DNA from: an uncultured bacterium
GTDB lineage: Bacteria > Patescibacteriota > Minisyncoccia > Phycocordibacterales > GWA1-40-21
Reading direction: 5' to 3'
NCBI GenBank assembly: GCA_963840885.1
Contig: CAWJAN010000005.1
Coordinates: forward strand, 12,887-76,886
DNA: 64,000 nucleotides
The notes under the pieces are model-generated. The model did not search any database. It saw only the letters and a program-made list of their open reading frames with translations, and was not told the DNA's origin. How positions within the stretch are numbered: position 1 is the stretch's first letter; every line of letters starts with the position of its first letter. The translations under genes and the position numbers were made by a program. Positions 1-9,053 of this stretch are shown here, in pieces.

Positions 1-2
1 TA

Positions 3-812
3 ATAACTTCAAGTAAAATCGTTATCATATCATTAAATGAAGTCGATGCCGCAAAAGTTTCTTCAAGCGACCAGGTAACTCTGACTTTCGACGCACTGCC
101 AGGCATTACAGCCACAGGACATATACAATATATTGATCCGCTCGGAGTCGTAAGTTCCGGCGTCGTAAGCTATAACGTAAGTATCTCCATCGATGGAAGC
201 GATGACCAGATTAAAACAGGAATGACAGCAGAAGCTGCGATAATAACTGATTCAAAAACCGGAGTATTGACTGTTCCAAATTCTGCAATTAAAACTTCAG
301 GAAACAGGCAGTATGTTCTTGTCATAGATACGTCGACATCAACAGCGCAAAATTCGTCATCATCTTCTTCAACTTCAACGAGAGGATTTGGAAGATACGG
401 AAATGCTTCCGCAACGGGAACATTCGCATTTTCGTCATCTACTGCATTCTCTTCGTCTACAGCATATTCATCATCAACCAGAAGGATTGGAACTTCTTCT
501 TCCTCGACAAGAACATTTGGCGGCGCAGGAGCAGCCGGCGGATCGCTTACTGTGCCATCAACAACGCCGGTAAAAGAAATATTTATAACGACAGGCGTTA
601 CCGACAATACAAATACTGAAGTAACGAGCGGTTTGCAAGGAGGAGAAATGATAGTGGTAAGATCGACAACCGTAACAACAAGCACTACAAAAACCGCAGC
701 TTCTGCCGCAACATCCAGAACCACCGGAGGTTTTGGAGTCGGGGGCGGCGCAGGAGGGCTTGGAAGAGCACTCGGTGGAGGCAGCGTCGGAGTTGCCAGT
801 TTCGCAAGATAA
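3..812 (+). CDS. Efflux/MacA-HlyD family periplasmic adaptor subunit (5'-truncated by window edge)
   Basis: Frame is open from base 3 (ITSSKIVIISLNEVDAAKV...GVVSYNVSISID...IKTGMTAEAAI...VLTVPNSAI...TGVTDNTNTEVTSGL), typical of the MFP C-terminus; followed by ABC ATPase and permease. Confidence 0.85.
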   Translation: MTSSKIVIISLNEVDAAKVSSSDQVTLTFDALPGITATGHIQYIDPLGVVSSGVVSYNVSISIDGSDDQIKTGMTAEAAIITDSKTGVLTVPNSAIKTSGNRQYVLVIDTSTSTAQNSSSSSSTSTRGFGRYGNASATGTFAFSSSTAFSSSTAYSSSTRRIGTSSSSTRTFGGAGAAGGSLTVPSTTPVKEIFITTGVTDNTNTEVTSGLQGGEMIVVRSTTVTTSTTKTAASAATSRTTGGFGVGGGAGGLGRALGGGSVGVASFAR

Positions 813-846
813 ATTCAGTGATTCATGTTCTTAATCATCTTCAACA

Positions 847-1563
847 ATGATTGAATGCAAAAATATAGTTAAAATATACAAAAATGGAGACAGTGAAACC
901 CTTGCGGTAAATGGCGTTTCTTTTACGATAAACGATGGCGAATATGTCGCTATCATGGGTCCGTCAGGTTCAGGAAAATCTACTCTTATGCACATACTAG
1001 GCGCGCTCGATACTCCGACGTCCGGTCAATATTTTTTGGATAACAAAGATGTTTCAAAGCTCAGCGATGATGAGCTTGCCGATATACGAGGAAATAAAAT
1101 CGGTTTCGTTTTCCAGGCATTTAATCTCTTGCCTAGAACTACCGTACTTAGAAATGTAACTCTTCCTCTTATATATTTAAAATTCCCTAAGGAAAAAAGG
1201 GAAGCTATGGCAAAAAAATCCCTTAAATCTGCCGGACTTGAGGAAAACAGATGGGACCATCTTTCCAACCAATTATCCGGAGGACAGATACAAAGAGTTG
1301 CAATAGCCAGAGCCCTGGTAAATGATCCGTCTCTTGTGATGGCTGACGAACCGACAGGAAACCTAGACACGAAAACTGGTGAAATCGTATTGGAAACTTT
1401 TGAACAGCTCAACAAAAAAGAAGGGCACACTATTATTCTGATCACTCACGAACCGGACGTAGCGGAACATGCCGACAGGATAATACATATAAGGGACGGT
1501 AAAATTCTCAGCGACGAAAAAAATCACAAGAAAAGACATGCAAACACAAAGTTAGAAAATTAA
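847..1563 (+). CDS. ABC transporter ATP-binding protein (MacB/LolD-like)
   Basis: GPSGSGKST Walker A, LSGGQIQR signature, ADEPTGNLD. Confidence 0.95.
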   Translation: MIECKNIVKIYKNGDSETLAVNGVSFTINDGEYVAIMGPSGSGKSTLMHILGALDTPTSGQYFLDNKDVSKLSDDELADIRGNKIGFVFQAFNLLPRTTVLRNVTLPLIYLKFPKEKREAMAKKSLKSAGLEENRWDHLSNQLSGGQIQRVAIARALVNDPSLVMADEPTGNLDTKTGEIVLETFEQLNKKEGHTIILITHEPDVAEHADRIIHIRDGKILSDEKNHKKRHANTKLEN

Positions 1564-1571
1564 AATAATTT

Positions 1572-2789
1572 ATGACAATACAAGATTTACTTCAAGAAAC
1601 TACATCGGCGCTTCTTTCGAACAAGGTGAGGACGGGCCTTACGATGCTTGGAATTGTCATAGGTATCGCTTCGGTTATTGCGATGCTTGCTGTCGGAAAC
1701 GGCGCGACGCAATCCATACAACAGCAAATACAATCTATCGGCTCTAATCTTGTCATAGTAAGTCCTGGAGCGCAGAAAAGCTTCAGCCAGGTGCGTACAA
1801 GCAGGGGAACGGCAAATACCCTTACAATGGATGATTCTGCTGCAATAGCTTCAGAAATACCAGATGCGGAAGCGGTAGCTCCAGCAGTAACGACACAAAA
1901 ACAAATCGTTTCTTCAGTATCAAATTCTAATACGCAAATAATCGGAACTGTTCCTATGTATACTCAGGTTAGAAACGTAAACCTTTCGGAAGGAACTTTC
2001 TTTACGGATGCTCAAGTCACATCCTTGGCTCGCGTTGCCATTATCGGCTCAACTACGGCGGCAGATCTTTATCCCAATGCGGATCCTGTGGGACAGATAC
2101 TCAGGATAAACGGAAACATATTTACTGTGATAGGCGTGGTTGCCGCAACTGGCGGAAATTCCGCAAACGCGAGTGATGATGTGGTTTATATTCCTATCAC
2201 CGTAGCTCAGCAATTTTTGACCGGCAATAAATACGTATCTTCGATAAACATAGAAGCCAATAGCCCTAATGCGGTCACCAATGTGCAAAACGAAGTTACA
2301 GCCCTTCTTCTTGCGCGTCATAATATAAGCGACCCGACAAAAGCGGATTTCAGCACGCTTAACCAATCGGATATTTTATCTACAGCATCGTCAGTCACTT
2401 CTACGATGACATATCTTCTGGCGGCGATTGCCGGCATATCTCTTCTTGTCGGAGGAATCGGCATCATGAACATGATGCTTACGACAGTTACCGAAAGGAC
2501 AAGAGAAATCGGCCTAAGAAAAGCTATCGGAGCAAAAGAAAAAGATATAAGAATGCAATTTTTATTTGAATCGATGATCCTTACGGTTTTGGGAGGAATC
2601 ATAGGAATCATTCTGGGTATGCTTATTTCCTATGTGCTGACGCTTACCGGCCTCTTGTCCGCTCAAGTATCGTTATTCTCGGTCATATTGTCATTCAGCG
2701 TCTCCGCAATCATAGGAATAGTGTTCGGATATTATCCGGCAGCGAGAGCATCGAGCCTCAATCCCATTGAAGCTCTCAGGTACGAATAA
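1572..2789 (+). CDS. ABC transporter permease (MacB/FtsX family)
   Basis: LTMLGIVIGI N-terminus, GGIGIMNMM..VTERTREIGLRKAIGA, C-terminal PIEALRYE. Confidence 0.95.
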   Translation: MTIQDLLQETTSALLSNKVRTGLTMLGIVIGIASVIAMLAVGNGATQSIQQQIQSIGSNLVIVSPGAQKSFSQVRTSRGTANTLTMDDSAAIASEIPDAEAVAPAVTTQKQIVSSVSNSNTQIIGTVPMYTQVRNVNLSEGTFFTDAQVTSLARVAIIGSTTAADLYPNADPVGQILRINGNIFTVIGVVAATGGNSANASDDVVYIPITVAQQFLTGNKYVSSINIEANSPNAVTNVQNEVTALLLARHNISDPTKADFSTLNQSDILSTASSVTSTMTYLLAAIAGISLLVGGIGIMNMMLTTVTERTREIGLRKAIGAKEKDIRMQFLFESMILTVLGGIIGIILGMLISYVLTLTGLLSAQVSLFSVILSFSVSAIIGIVFGYYPAARASSLNPIEALRYE

Positions 2790-3704
2790 TCATTTGAACG
2801 AAAAAAGAGAGAGGAATTTCATCGGATCTATGGCTATGCCATTTATATGAACCGATAAATGCAAATGCGGCCCGCTTGCATAACCGGTAGCGCCTGAAAG
2901 GCCAATGATTTCTCCCTGCGTCACGATTTCACCGACATGAACATTTATTTTTGAAAGATGCATATAATATGTTTCAAGACCTAAGCCGTGATCTATAACT
3001 ATTGTCTCGCCATAATCAACAAAACTGCGCGCAAGAGTAACTATACCGCTGTTTGATGCGGAGACTGGCGTTCCGACATCGGCACGAAAATCCGTGCCCT
3101 TATGAACGATATCGTATGCGCCGCTGTCGCGCGAATAGCCATACGGATCAGTCACGGTATGATCCGGTACCGGAAAAATGAATGCGCCATTCCATAGCTC
3201 AGTCGTAGTGCTTTTGAGAGAAGCGAGCGATGCATTTTCTTGTCCAAGAGTGCTGACCACCTTGGCCTGGTTTGCGGCTGAATTTCCGCCGAGCTGCTCG
3301 GGAACCGGAAGCGATTCTGTTTCCAAAAGGCGCTGATGCACGGCGAGCGTTGCTGTTGCGACACGACCATCGGTCAGATCAGCTTCAATTTCAAAAGTGC
3401 CCGTAGCGGCATGAAGATCGATGCCAAGAAATGCGCTTGGTTTATCATCATATTCAAATAATGACGCTGGTGATCCATTAAACATAATAGTGCGCACTTC
3501 GGACATATTTGTTCCGTTTATTTCTACAAGTGCCGGATCTCCTTGCATTAATGATGATGGCATTACCGAAACAGAAAAAGCGCTTGAAGATGAGGAGGAA
3601 ATATTTGTCATCGTGGCAACGGAAAGAGTGCTTGTAGAGTGTGAGCCTAATATCCCTAAAATAAACGCCATTATTGTCGCATAAAGAAATTTCAGCATAA
3701 GCAT
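2790..3704 (-). CDS. M23 family metallopeptidase, secreted
   Basis: HKGTD (HxxxD), YMHLS, GPHLHL motifs; N-terminal hydrophobic segment. Confidence 0.9.
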   Translation of the reverse strand: MLMLKFLYATIMAFILGILGSHSTSTLSVATMTNISSSSSSAFSVSVMPSSLMQGDPALVEINGTNMSEVRTIMFNGSPASLFEYDDKPSAFLGIDLHAATGTFEIEADLTDGRVATATLAVHQRLLETESLPVPEQLGGNSAANQAKVVSTLGQENASLASLKSTTTELWNGAFIFPVPDHTVTDPYGYSRDSGAYDIVHKGTDFRADVGTPVSASNSGIVTLARSFVDYGETIVIDHGLGLETYYMHLSKINVHVGEIVTQGEIIGLSGATGYASGPHLHLSVHINGIAIDPMKFLSLFSFK

Positions 3705-3734
3705 ATGTCTTAAGTATACCGCAAAAATGGCAGT

Positions 3735-3763
3735 TTGACTGAATCGGCATAGTGGTGTATCAT
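3735..3763 (+). promoter_or_regulatory. Sigma70-type promoter for the RRM gene
   Basis: TTGACT (3735-3740), 17-bp spacer, TATCAT (3758-3763). Confidence 0.6.
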
Positions 3764-3857
3764 TTATAGCGTTAAGAAATATCTTGAATGTTTGGAAGAA
3801 TAGTCATCTTTCTCCTCAAGTAAAGTCTTACGGTTAATAAGATAATTTAGTTTGTAA

Positions 3858-4124
3858 ATGAAGAAATTGTACGTAGGTGGTATTTCCTACAGCACCACAG
3901 ATAAAGGTCTTTCAGACGCTTTTTCTAAAGCTGGAGAAGTCGCATCGGCAGTCATCATAACCGACAAGATGACCGGAAGGTCAAAAGGTTTCGGTTTTGT
4001 CGAAATGACAACAGATGAAGCAGCTCAGGCCGCCATAGAAATGTGGAATGGCAAAGAGCTCGACGGAAGGAAACTCACCGTTAACGAAGCGAGACCAAAG
4101 GAGGAAAGACCAAGAAGATATTAA
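3858..4124 (+). CDS. RNA-binding protein (RRM domain)
   Basis: KLYVGG RNP2, KGFGFVEM RNP1, LTVNEARP. Confidence 0.95.
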   Translation: MKKLYVGGISYSTTDKGLSDAFSKAGEVASAVIITDKMTGRSKGFGFVEMTTDEAAQAAIEMWNGKELDGRKLTVNEARPKEERPRRY

Positions 4125-4143
4125 TCTAACTTCTAGTTTTTTT

Positions 4144-4182
4144 AAGAAAAAGCGCGTCGCAAGGCGCGCTTTTTCTTTTTTT
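4144..4182 (+). terminator. Intrinsic terminator
   Basis: aagaaaaagcgcgtc-gcaa-ggcgcgctttttctt hairpin with T-tract. Confidence 0.8.
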
Positions 4183-4210
4183 ACATATTTTCTGATACAA
4201 TCATAAAATT

Positions 4211-4921
4211 ATGAAGAATCTGATTTTCTTGGATACCGAAACGACCGGAAACGAGATAGGCAAAGACCGCTTATGCGAGGTCTGTTTTATGAATGACGGA
4301 AAAGTAAACACAGAATATTTCAAGCCGCCGGTGCCGGTTTCTGTAAAAGCAATGAGCATTACGCATATAACAAACAAGATGCTTTCCGATAAGAAACCAT
4401 TTATTGGAAGCAAGATGGCAAAAGAACTTCAAGGGTTGCTTAAAGACGGGATATTGGTGGCGCATAATGCTTCCTTCGATTGCTCCATGCTTGAAGCCGA
4501 AGGAATTTCCGTACCAAACAATATATGCACGCTCAGAGTAGCCAGATATCTTGATCCTGAAAATCTCATACCTGAATATAATCTTCAATTTCTCAGATAC
4601 TTCCTTGATCTTGATGTGGAAGGGCATTCTCATAATGCGGAAGATGATGTAAAAGTCCTGTATGCGCTTTTCCAAAGGCTTTTTTCAAAAATAAAAGAAA
4701 CAGAAAAAACAGAGGAGGAAGCCGTAGAAAAGATGGTGGAGATTTCAAAAACTCCGACTCTTTTTTATAAATTTAATTTCGGAAAATATGCCGGCGAACC
4801 GCTGGAAAACGTGATAAAAAAGGACAGGAAATATCTTGAATGGATGCTTGAACAGAAGATTAAAAGCCCGGCTAACGAGGAAGACTGGATTTATACGCTT
4901 AAGCATTATTTAAAAAAGTAA
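4211..4921 (+). CDS. 3'-5' exonuclease, DEDDh (ExoX/DnaQ-like) with C-terminal FGKY domain
   Basis: LDTETTG, AHNASFD, HNAEDD motifs; C-terminal FGKYAGE..YLEW. Confidence 0.85.
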   Translation: MKNLIFLDTETTGNEIGKDRLCEVCFMNDGKVNTEYFKPPVPVSVKAMSITHITNKMLSDKKPFIGSKMAKELQGLLKDGILVAHNASFDCSMLEAEGISVPNNICTLRVARYLDPENLIPEYNLQFLRYFLDLDVEGHSHNAEDDVKVLYALFQRLFSKIKETEKTEEEAVEKMVEISKTPTLFYKFNFGKYAGEPLENVIKKDRKYLEWMLEQKIKSPANEEDWIYTLKHYLKK

Positions 4922-4975
4922 TTGATTGTGTTTTTTCTTCCAATTTCTGCAAAAATAATGTAGTCTTTAATTTCT

Positions 4976-6427
4976 ATGGCCGAACACGGTGAAATAGTAT
5001 TAAAATTTGAAAAAGTGTCTTTTGAATTTGGACACAACAAACAGATCTTGGAAGAGGTTGATTTTACATTGAGAAGGGGGGCGAAAGTCACCCTTATGGG
5101 ACAAAACGGGTCCGGTAAAAGTACTATTTTTAATCTAATCACGGGACATTTCAAACCAGAATCGGGAAAAATACATTTGCAAAATAAACTTACGATAGCC
5201 ACGGCCAAACAAGTCATTCCAAGAGCAGATGCGGAATTGACTGTGAAGGAATTTTTTGAAAAATGCTTTAAAAATAAGGTCTATAATATTGAACCAAAAA
5301 TTGAAGAGGTCCTGGAAGTGGTAAATCTTAAGGCTCCTATTGAAAGACTTGTTATGAGTTTCTCTGGCGGTCAGCAAGCCAGGCTTCTTCTCGCAAGTGC
5401 GCTTATTCAAAATCCTGATTTATTGCTTTTGGATGAGCCGACGAACAATTTGGATAAAGATGGAATAGCTCATCTTACAAAATTCCTGGTTGAATACGAA
5501 AAAACTTGCATTGTAATTTCTCACGACGCAGATTTTCTAAATGCATTTACGCACGGCGTTTTATATTTGGATGTTCATACAAAAAAAATTGAACAGTATA
5601 TGGGAAACTATTTTGATGTTATGGAGCAAATAACGGTAAGAATTGAAAAGGAAAATATGAAAAATGCCCAGCTTTCAAAGACAATTCAGGAAAATAAGGA
5701 GAAGGCAAACTTTTTTGCCATGAAAGGCGGGCAAATGAGGCTTGTGGCAAAAAGAATGAGAGAAAAAGCGGAAGAACTTGAAGAAGAAAAAGTAGATGTT
5801 AGGCTAGAAGACATAACCATACGCCCATTCAAAATACCTGCACAATACGTACTTGGAGAGATTGTTCACATATCCGAATTTTCAATTTTCAAAAATCATA
5901 AAAAAATTGCTCGAAAAGCAAATATCTCTTTGAAGAAAAATCAGCATCTTCTTTTAACGGGGCCAAACGGCATCGGAAAGTCTACTTTGCTTGAAGCTCT
6001 GGCAAAAGGAGATTCGAAGGGTGAAAAAATAGCTGAGGGCGTTAAGGTAGGGTATTACAGACAAGATTTTTCTACGCTAAATTTCGATCATACTATCTTT
6101 CAAGCGCTTATGTCTGTTATGGATAAAGATATGGAGCAGGAAATGCGATCAGTTGCGGCCGGATTTCTTATAACAGGAGATATGATTAACACAAAAATCG
6201 GCAGCCTTTCCGAAGGACAAAAAGGTTTGGTGGCCCTCGCACAGCTCGTGCTTTTAAAACCCGGGCTTCTCATACTTGATGAGCCGACAAACCACATAAA
6301 TTTCCGTCATTTGCCTATAATCGCAAAAGCTCTGAGTGAATACGAGGGCGCCATGATACTCGTAAGCCATGTTCCAGAATTTGTAAAACAAGTCAGAATT
6401 GACGAGGCTTTTAATTTGGAAAAATAG
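4976..6427 (+). CDS. ABC-F family ATP-binding protein
   Basis: Two NBDs (GQNGSGKST, GPNGIGKST), DEPTN motifs, no TM segments. Confidence 0.9.
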   Translation: MAEHGEIVLKFEKVSFEFGHNKQILEEVDFTLRRGAKVTLMGQNGSGKSTIFNLITGHFKPESGKIHLQNKLTIATAKQVIPRADAELTVKEFFEKCFKNKVYNIEPKIEEVLEVVNLKAPIERLVMSFSGGQQARLLLASALIQNPDLLLLDEPTNNLDKDGIAHLTKFLVEYEKTCIVISHDADFLNAFTHGVLYLDVHTKKIEQYMGNYFDVMEQITVRIEKENMKNAQLSKTIQENKEKANFFAMKGGQMRLVAKRMREKAEELEEEKVDVRLEDITIRPFKIPAQYVLGEIVHISEFSIFKNHKKIARKANISLKKNQHLLLTGPNGIGKSTLLEALAKGDSKGEKIAEGVKVGYYRQDFSTLNFDHTIFQALMSVMDKDMEQEMRSVAAGFLITGDMINTKIGSLSEGQKGLVALAQLVLLKPGLLILDEPTNHINFRHLPIIAKALSEYEGAMILVSHVPEFVKQVRIDEAFNLEK

Positions 6428-6450
6428 AAATAAATACTAAAATTATTTGT

Positions 6451-6678
6451 ATGAAAAAAGTTGAACTTACTTTTATGGTGGTTCCGGAATTTTTGAAAAG
6501 CCACTGTTACATAAAAAATCCGGTAAAGATAAGGGTTGTAGACCCTGAAGCTATTTTCCTCACAGACATCCTGGGTGAAAGTTGAAGGAAAATGATAAAA
6601 GCCGGCATACCTTTTTACTTTACCAAAAAACTGGCTGAGAAATTGATTAAAAAGGGGATTACGGTAAAAATTCCGTAG
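6451..6678 (+). pseudogene. Small ORF interrupted by a single in-frame TGA (6583-6585)
   Basis: MKKVELTFMVV...DILGES*RKMIKAGIPFYFTKKLAEKLIKKGITVKIP-stop in one frame. Confidence 0.35.
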
Positions 6679-6768
6679 ATATTTGCCTTTGATAAAATCT
6701 ATTTTGACAAAATATTTATTTGATATAGCATTTTAAACGGATCCGACTAACTAATTGGAGGTGGAAAA

Positions 6769-7047
6769 ATGGGAAGAGTCATGCTGTTTACTCCTTTTAC
6801 TGGCGATATGGAGAAAAACGCGGAGTATGCGGACAAATGCATTCGCGACTCTTTGTCTAAAGGCGAATCTCCGCTTTCAAGCCGTTTGCTTTTTGGCAAA
6901 ATCGGCATAAAAGCTGGACTTCTTTGGATAAAAGGTGCGGAACTCGTAGTGATATACGAAGATCTTGGCATAAGCAAGTGCATGGAACTCGGCATAGAAA
7001 GGGCGAGGATAGAAGGCTGTCCTTTCACATACCGGAGAATACTCTGA
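6769..7047 (+). CDS. Hypothetical protein, phage-associated nucleoside-deoxyribosyltransferase-like family (DUF4406/DUF7768-like)
   Basis: PFTGD.EKN..YA..C.RDSL.KGE.P..S, GI.AGL.W, VVIYEDLGISKCMELGI pattern; GGAGG SD at 6757 and TTGACA at 6704. Confidence 0.6.
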   Translation: MGRVMLFTPFTGDMEKNAEYADKCIRDSLSKGESPLSSRLLFGKIGIKAGLLWIKGAELVVIYEDLGISKCMELGIERARIEGCPFTYRRIL

Positions 7048-7063
7048 CTTATGCGAAAAAACC

Positions 7064-7094
7064 AAAAGGCCGGCATTAATAGCTGGCCTTTTTT
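7064..7094 (+). terminator. Intrinsic terminator
   Basis: aaaaggccggc-attaata-gctggcctttttt. Confidence 0.7.
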
Positions 7095-7107
7095 ATTTAT
7101 CAAATAA

Positions 7108-7136
7108 TTGACAAATTGCCGGTACTTTGCTATTAT
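7108..7136 (+). promoter_or_regulatory. Consensus sigma70 promoter for the DEAD-box helicase
   Basis: TTGACA (7108-7113), 17-bp spacer, TGc-TATTAT (7131-7136). Confidence 0.75.
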
Positions 7137-7294
7137 ATTTAAGTAAATAAATCTCCATCAGAGATTCATCTCACCGATTAAGCGTAAATGTTCAAATGTC
7201 GCAAAATCTGTGCGACATTTTTACATTTAATAAACTAATGCCTGTCTAAAATGATAGGCCAAAAAGCGGAAAAAAGCCGCTTTAAAACATCAAT

Positions 7295-8692
7295 ATGCGC
7301 AGAGTAATAAGGAATGTCGGATCTTTTGACAGATTCGACAATAAGAAATCCGGAAAATTCGGATTGCACAGAAAAAGCATAAGAGGCTCGGAATCAAAAT
7401 CCCGTGCTGATTTTGCAAGCAATAATCCTGGAAACGGACCGGCTCAGGCATCAGGTTCCTTTTCAGGAACAAGATACGGACACGGAAAACCTTCATTCGG
7501 TGGAAACAGGTTTTCCCGCGGATCAAGCTACGGAAAGCCGTCATTCGGCGGAAGAGGAGGATTTTCTAGGAACCGAAGAGGAAATGACGGATCAAATATC
7601 CATTTCTCAAAATTTATAAATAAGGCTGTTATCACAGAGGAAGTTTCAAAATTCGTTCCGGAACACCTTTTCAAGGATTTCAACATAGATGACAGGCTCA
7701 AGGCAAATATTTTTGCCAAGGGATACAATGAACCGACTCCGATTCAGGACAAGATAATTCCTCATGTGCTCAGGGGATCTGATGTCGTTGGCATAGCGAA
7801 TACGGGAACTGGAAAAACAGCCGCATTTCTCATACCACTCATACAAAAAGTCCTAATGAATCCAAAAGAAGAAATTCTTATCGTGGTTCCTACGAGAGAG
7901 CTGGCCCAGCAGATAGAAAGCGAACTCAAGAGCTTTACGGAAGGAATGAAAATATTTTCCGTATGCTGCGTCGGAGGCGCTCCTATAGGCAGGCAGATTT
8001 CAATGCTTAAGTATTGGAATAACTTCGTAATAGGAACTCCAGGAAGACTTAAGGATTTGGTAAACAGAAAAGTATTAAATCTTAAACCATTTTCAACTAT
8101 AGTATTGGACGAGGCAGACAGAATGCTTGATATGGGATTTATTGCGGATATGAAACTCATAATGTCCCAGATGTCGGCAAAAAGGCATACTCTGTTTTTC
8201 TCAGCAACGATGTCTAGAGAAATAGAGCAGCTTATCAAAGAATTTTTAAATAATCCCACGACTGTTTCCGTAAAAACCGGTGATACTTCAAAATCAGTAG
8301 ACCAGGATGTCGTAAGAATGAACGGAAAAGAAAAGATAGACGTCTTGCACGAGCTTCTGAACAATCCGGAACTTTCTAAAGTCCTGATATTCGGAAGAAC
8401 AAAGCATGGCGTTGAAAGGCTTTCAAAAACCCTCACGGAAAGAGGGTTCAAAGCAGATTCGATACATGGCGACAAAAACCAAGGAGCGAGACAAAGGGCT
8501 CTCGGCAAATTCAAAGACGATCATATAAAGATTCTTGTTGCTACAGACGTAGCCGCAAGGGGGCTTGATATACCCGATGTAACTCACGTAATAAACTATG
8601 ATATACCTGCTACATACGAAGATTATGTCCATAGAATAGGCAGAACCGGACGCGCTAACAAGAAAGGAAAAGCTCTGACATTCATAGGATAA
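7295..8692 (+). CDS. DEAD-box RNA helicase with Gly/Arg-rich N-terminal extension
   Basis: TGTGKT, PTRELA, TPGR, LDEAD, SAT, ARGLD, HRIGRTGR. Confidence 0.97.
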   Translation: MRRVIRNVGSFDRFDNKKSGKFGLHRKSIRGSESKSRADFASNNPGNGPAQASGSFSGTRYGHGKPSFGGNRFSRGSSYGKPSFGGRGGFSRNRRGNDGSNIHFSKFINKAVITEEVSKFVPEHLFKDFNIDDRLKANIFAKGYNEPTPIQDKIIPHVLRGSDVVGIANTGTGKTAAFLIPLIQKVLMNPKEEILIVVPTRELAQQIESELKSFTEGMKIFSVCCVGGAPIGRQISMLKYWNNFVIGTPGRLKDLVNRKVLNLKPFSTIVLDEADRMLDMGFIADMKLIMSQMSAKRHTLFFSATMSREIEQLIKEFLNNPTTVSVKTGDTSKSVDQDVVRMNGKEKIDVLHELLNNPELSKVLIFGRTKHGVERLSKTLTERGFKADSIHGDKNQGARQRALGKFKDDHIKILVATDVAARGLDIPDVTHVINYDIPATYEDYVHRIGRTGRANKKGKALTFIG

Positions 8693-8757
8693 TTGTGGCT
8701 TTAACCGGCCGGTTGTATAATTATACAAAGGTCGTTTAGAAAATTAATTATTTTCTT

Positions 8758-8970
8758 ATGTCAAAACTTAATTGGTTGGAATGGGTAGTGGTAGTCCTTG
8801 TTATCGTAGGATCGATAAACTGGGGACTTACCGCGCTCGGATGGAACTTGGTCGACTCAATCTTCGGAATGGGATCGACAGTTTCTCAAATAATTTACAT
8901 CTTAGTAGGCTTGTCCGGTATCTATATGATATTTACGGTCAAAAAACTCACAAAGCCTGCAGCAATGTAA
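8758..8970 (+). CDS. DUF378 small membrane protein
   Basis: LVIVGSINWGL...NLV..IFG....IIYILVGLSG. Confidence 0.85.
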   Translation: MSKLNWLEWVVVVLVIVGSINWGLTALGWNLVDSIFGMGSTVSQIIYILVGLSGIYMIFTVKKLTKPAAM

Positions 8971-8986
8971 TATAGGCGACATTCTC

Positions 8987-9024
8987 AAAAAAACGGCCGG
9001 CCTCAAATGGTCCGGCCGTTTTTT
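8987..9024 (+). terminator. Intrinsic terminator
   Basis: aaaaaacggccgg...ccggccgtttttt. Confidence 0.75.
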
Positions 9025-9053
9025 CGTATTCCAAATAAGGTATAATATTCTGG

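Noticed and set aside
6583-6585. Genetic code 25 (TGA=Gly) as in Gracilibacteria/SR1
   Set aside because: Long conserved genes have no internal TGA and several end in TGA.
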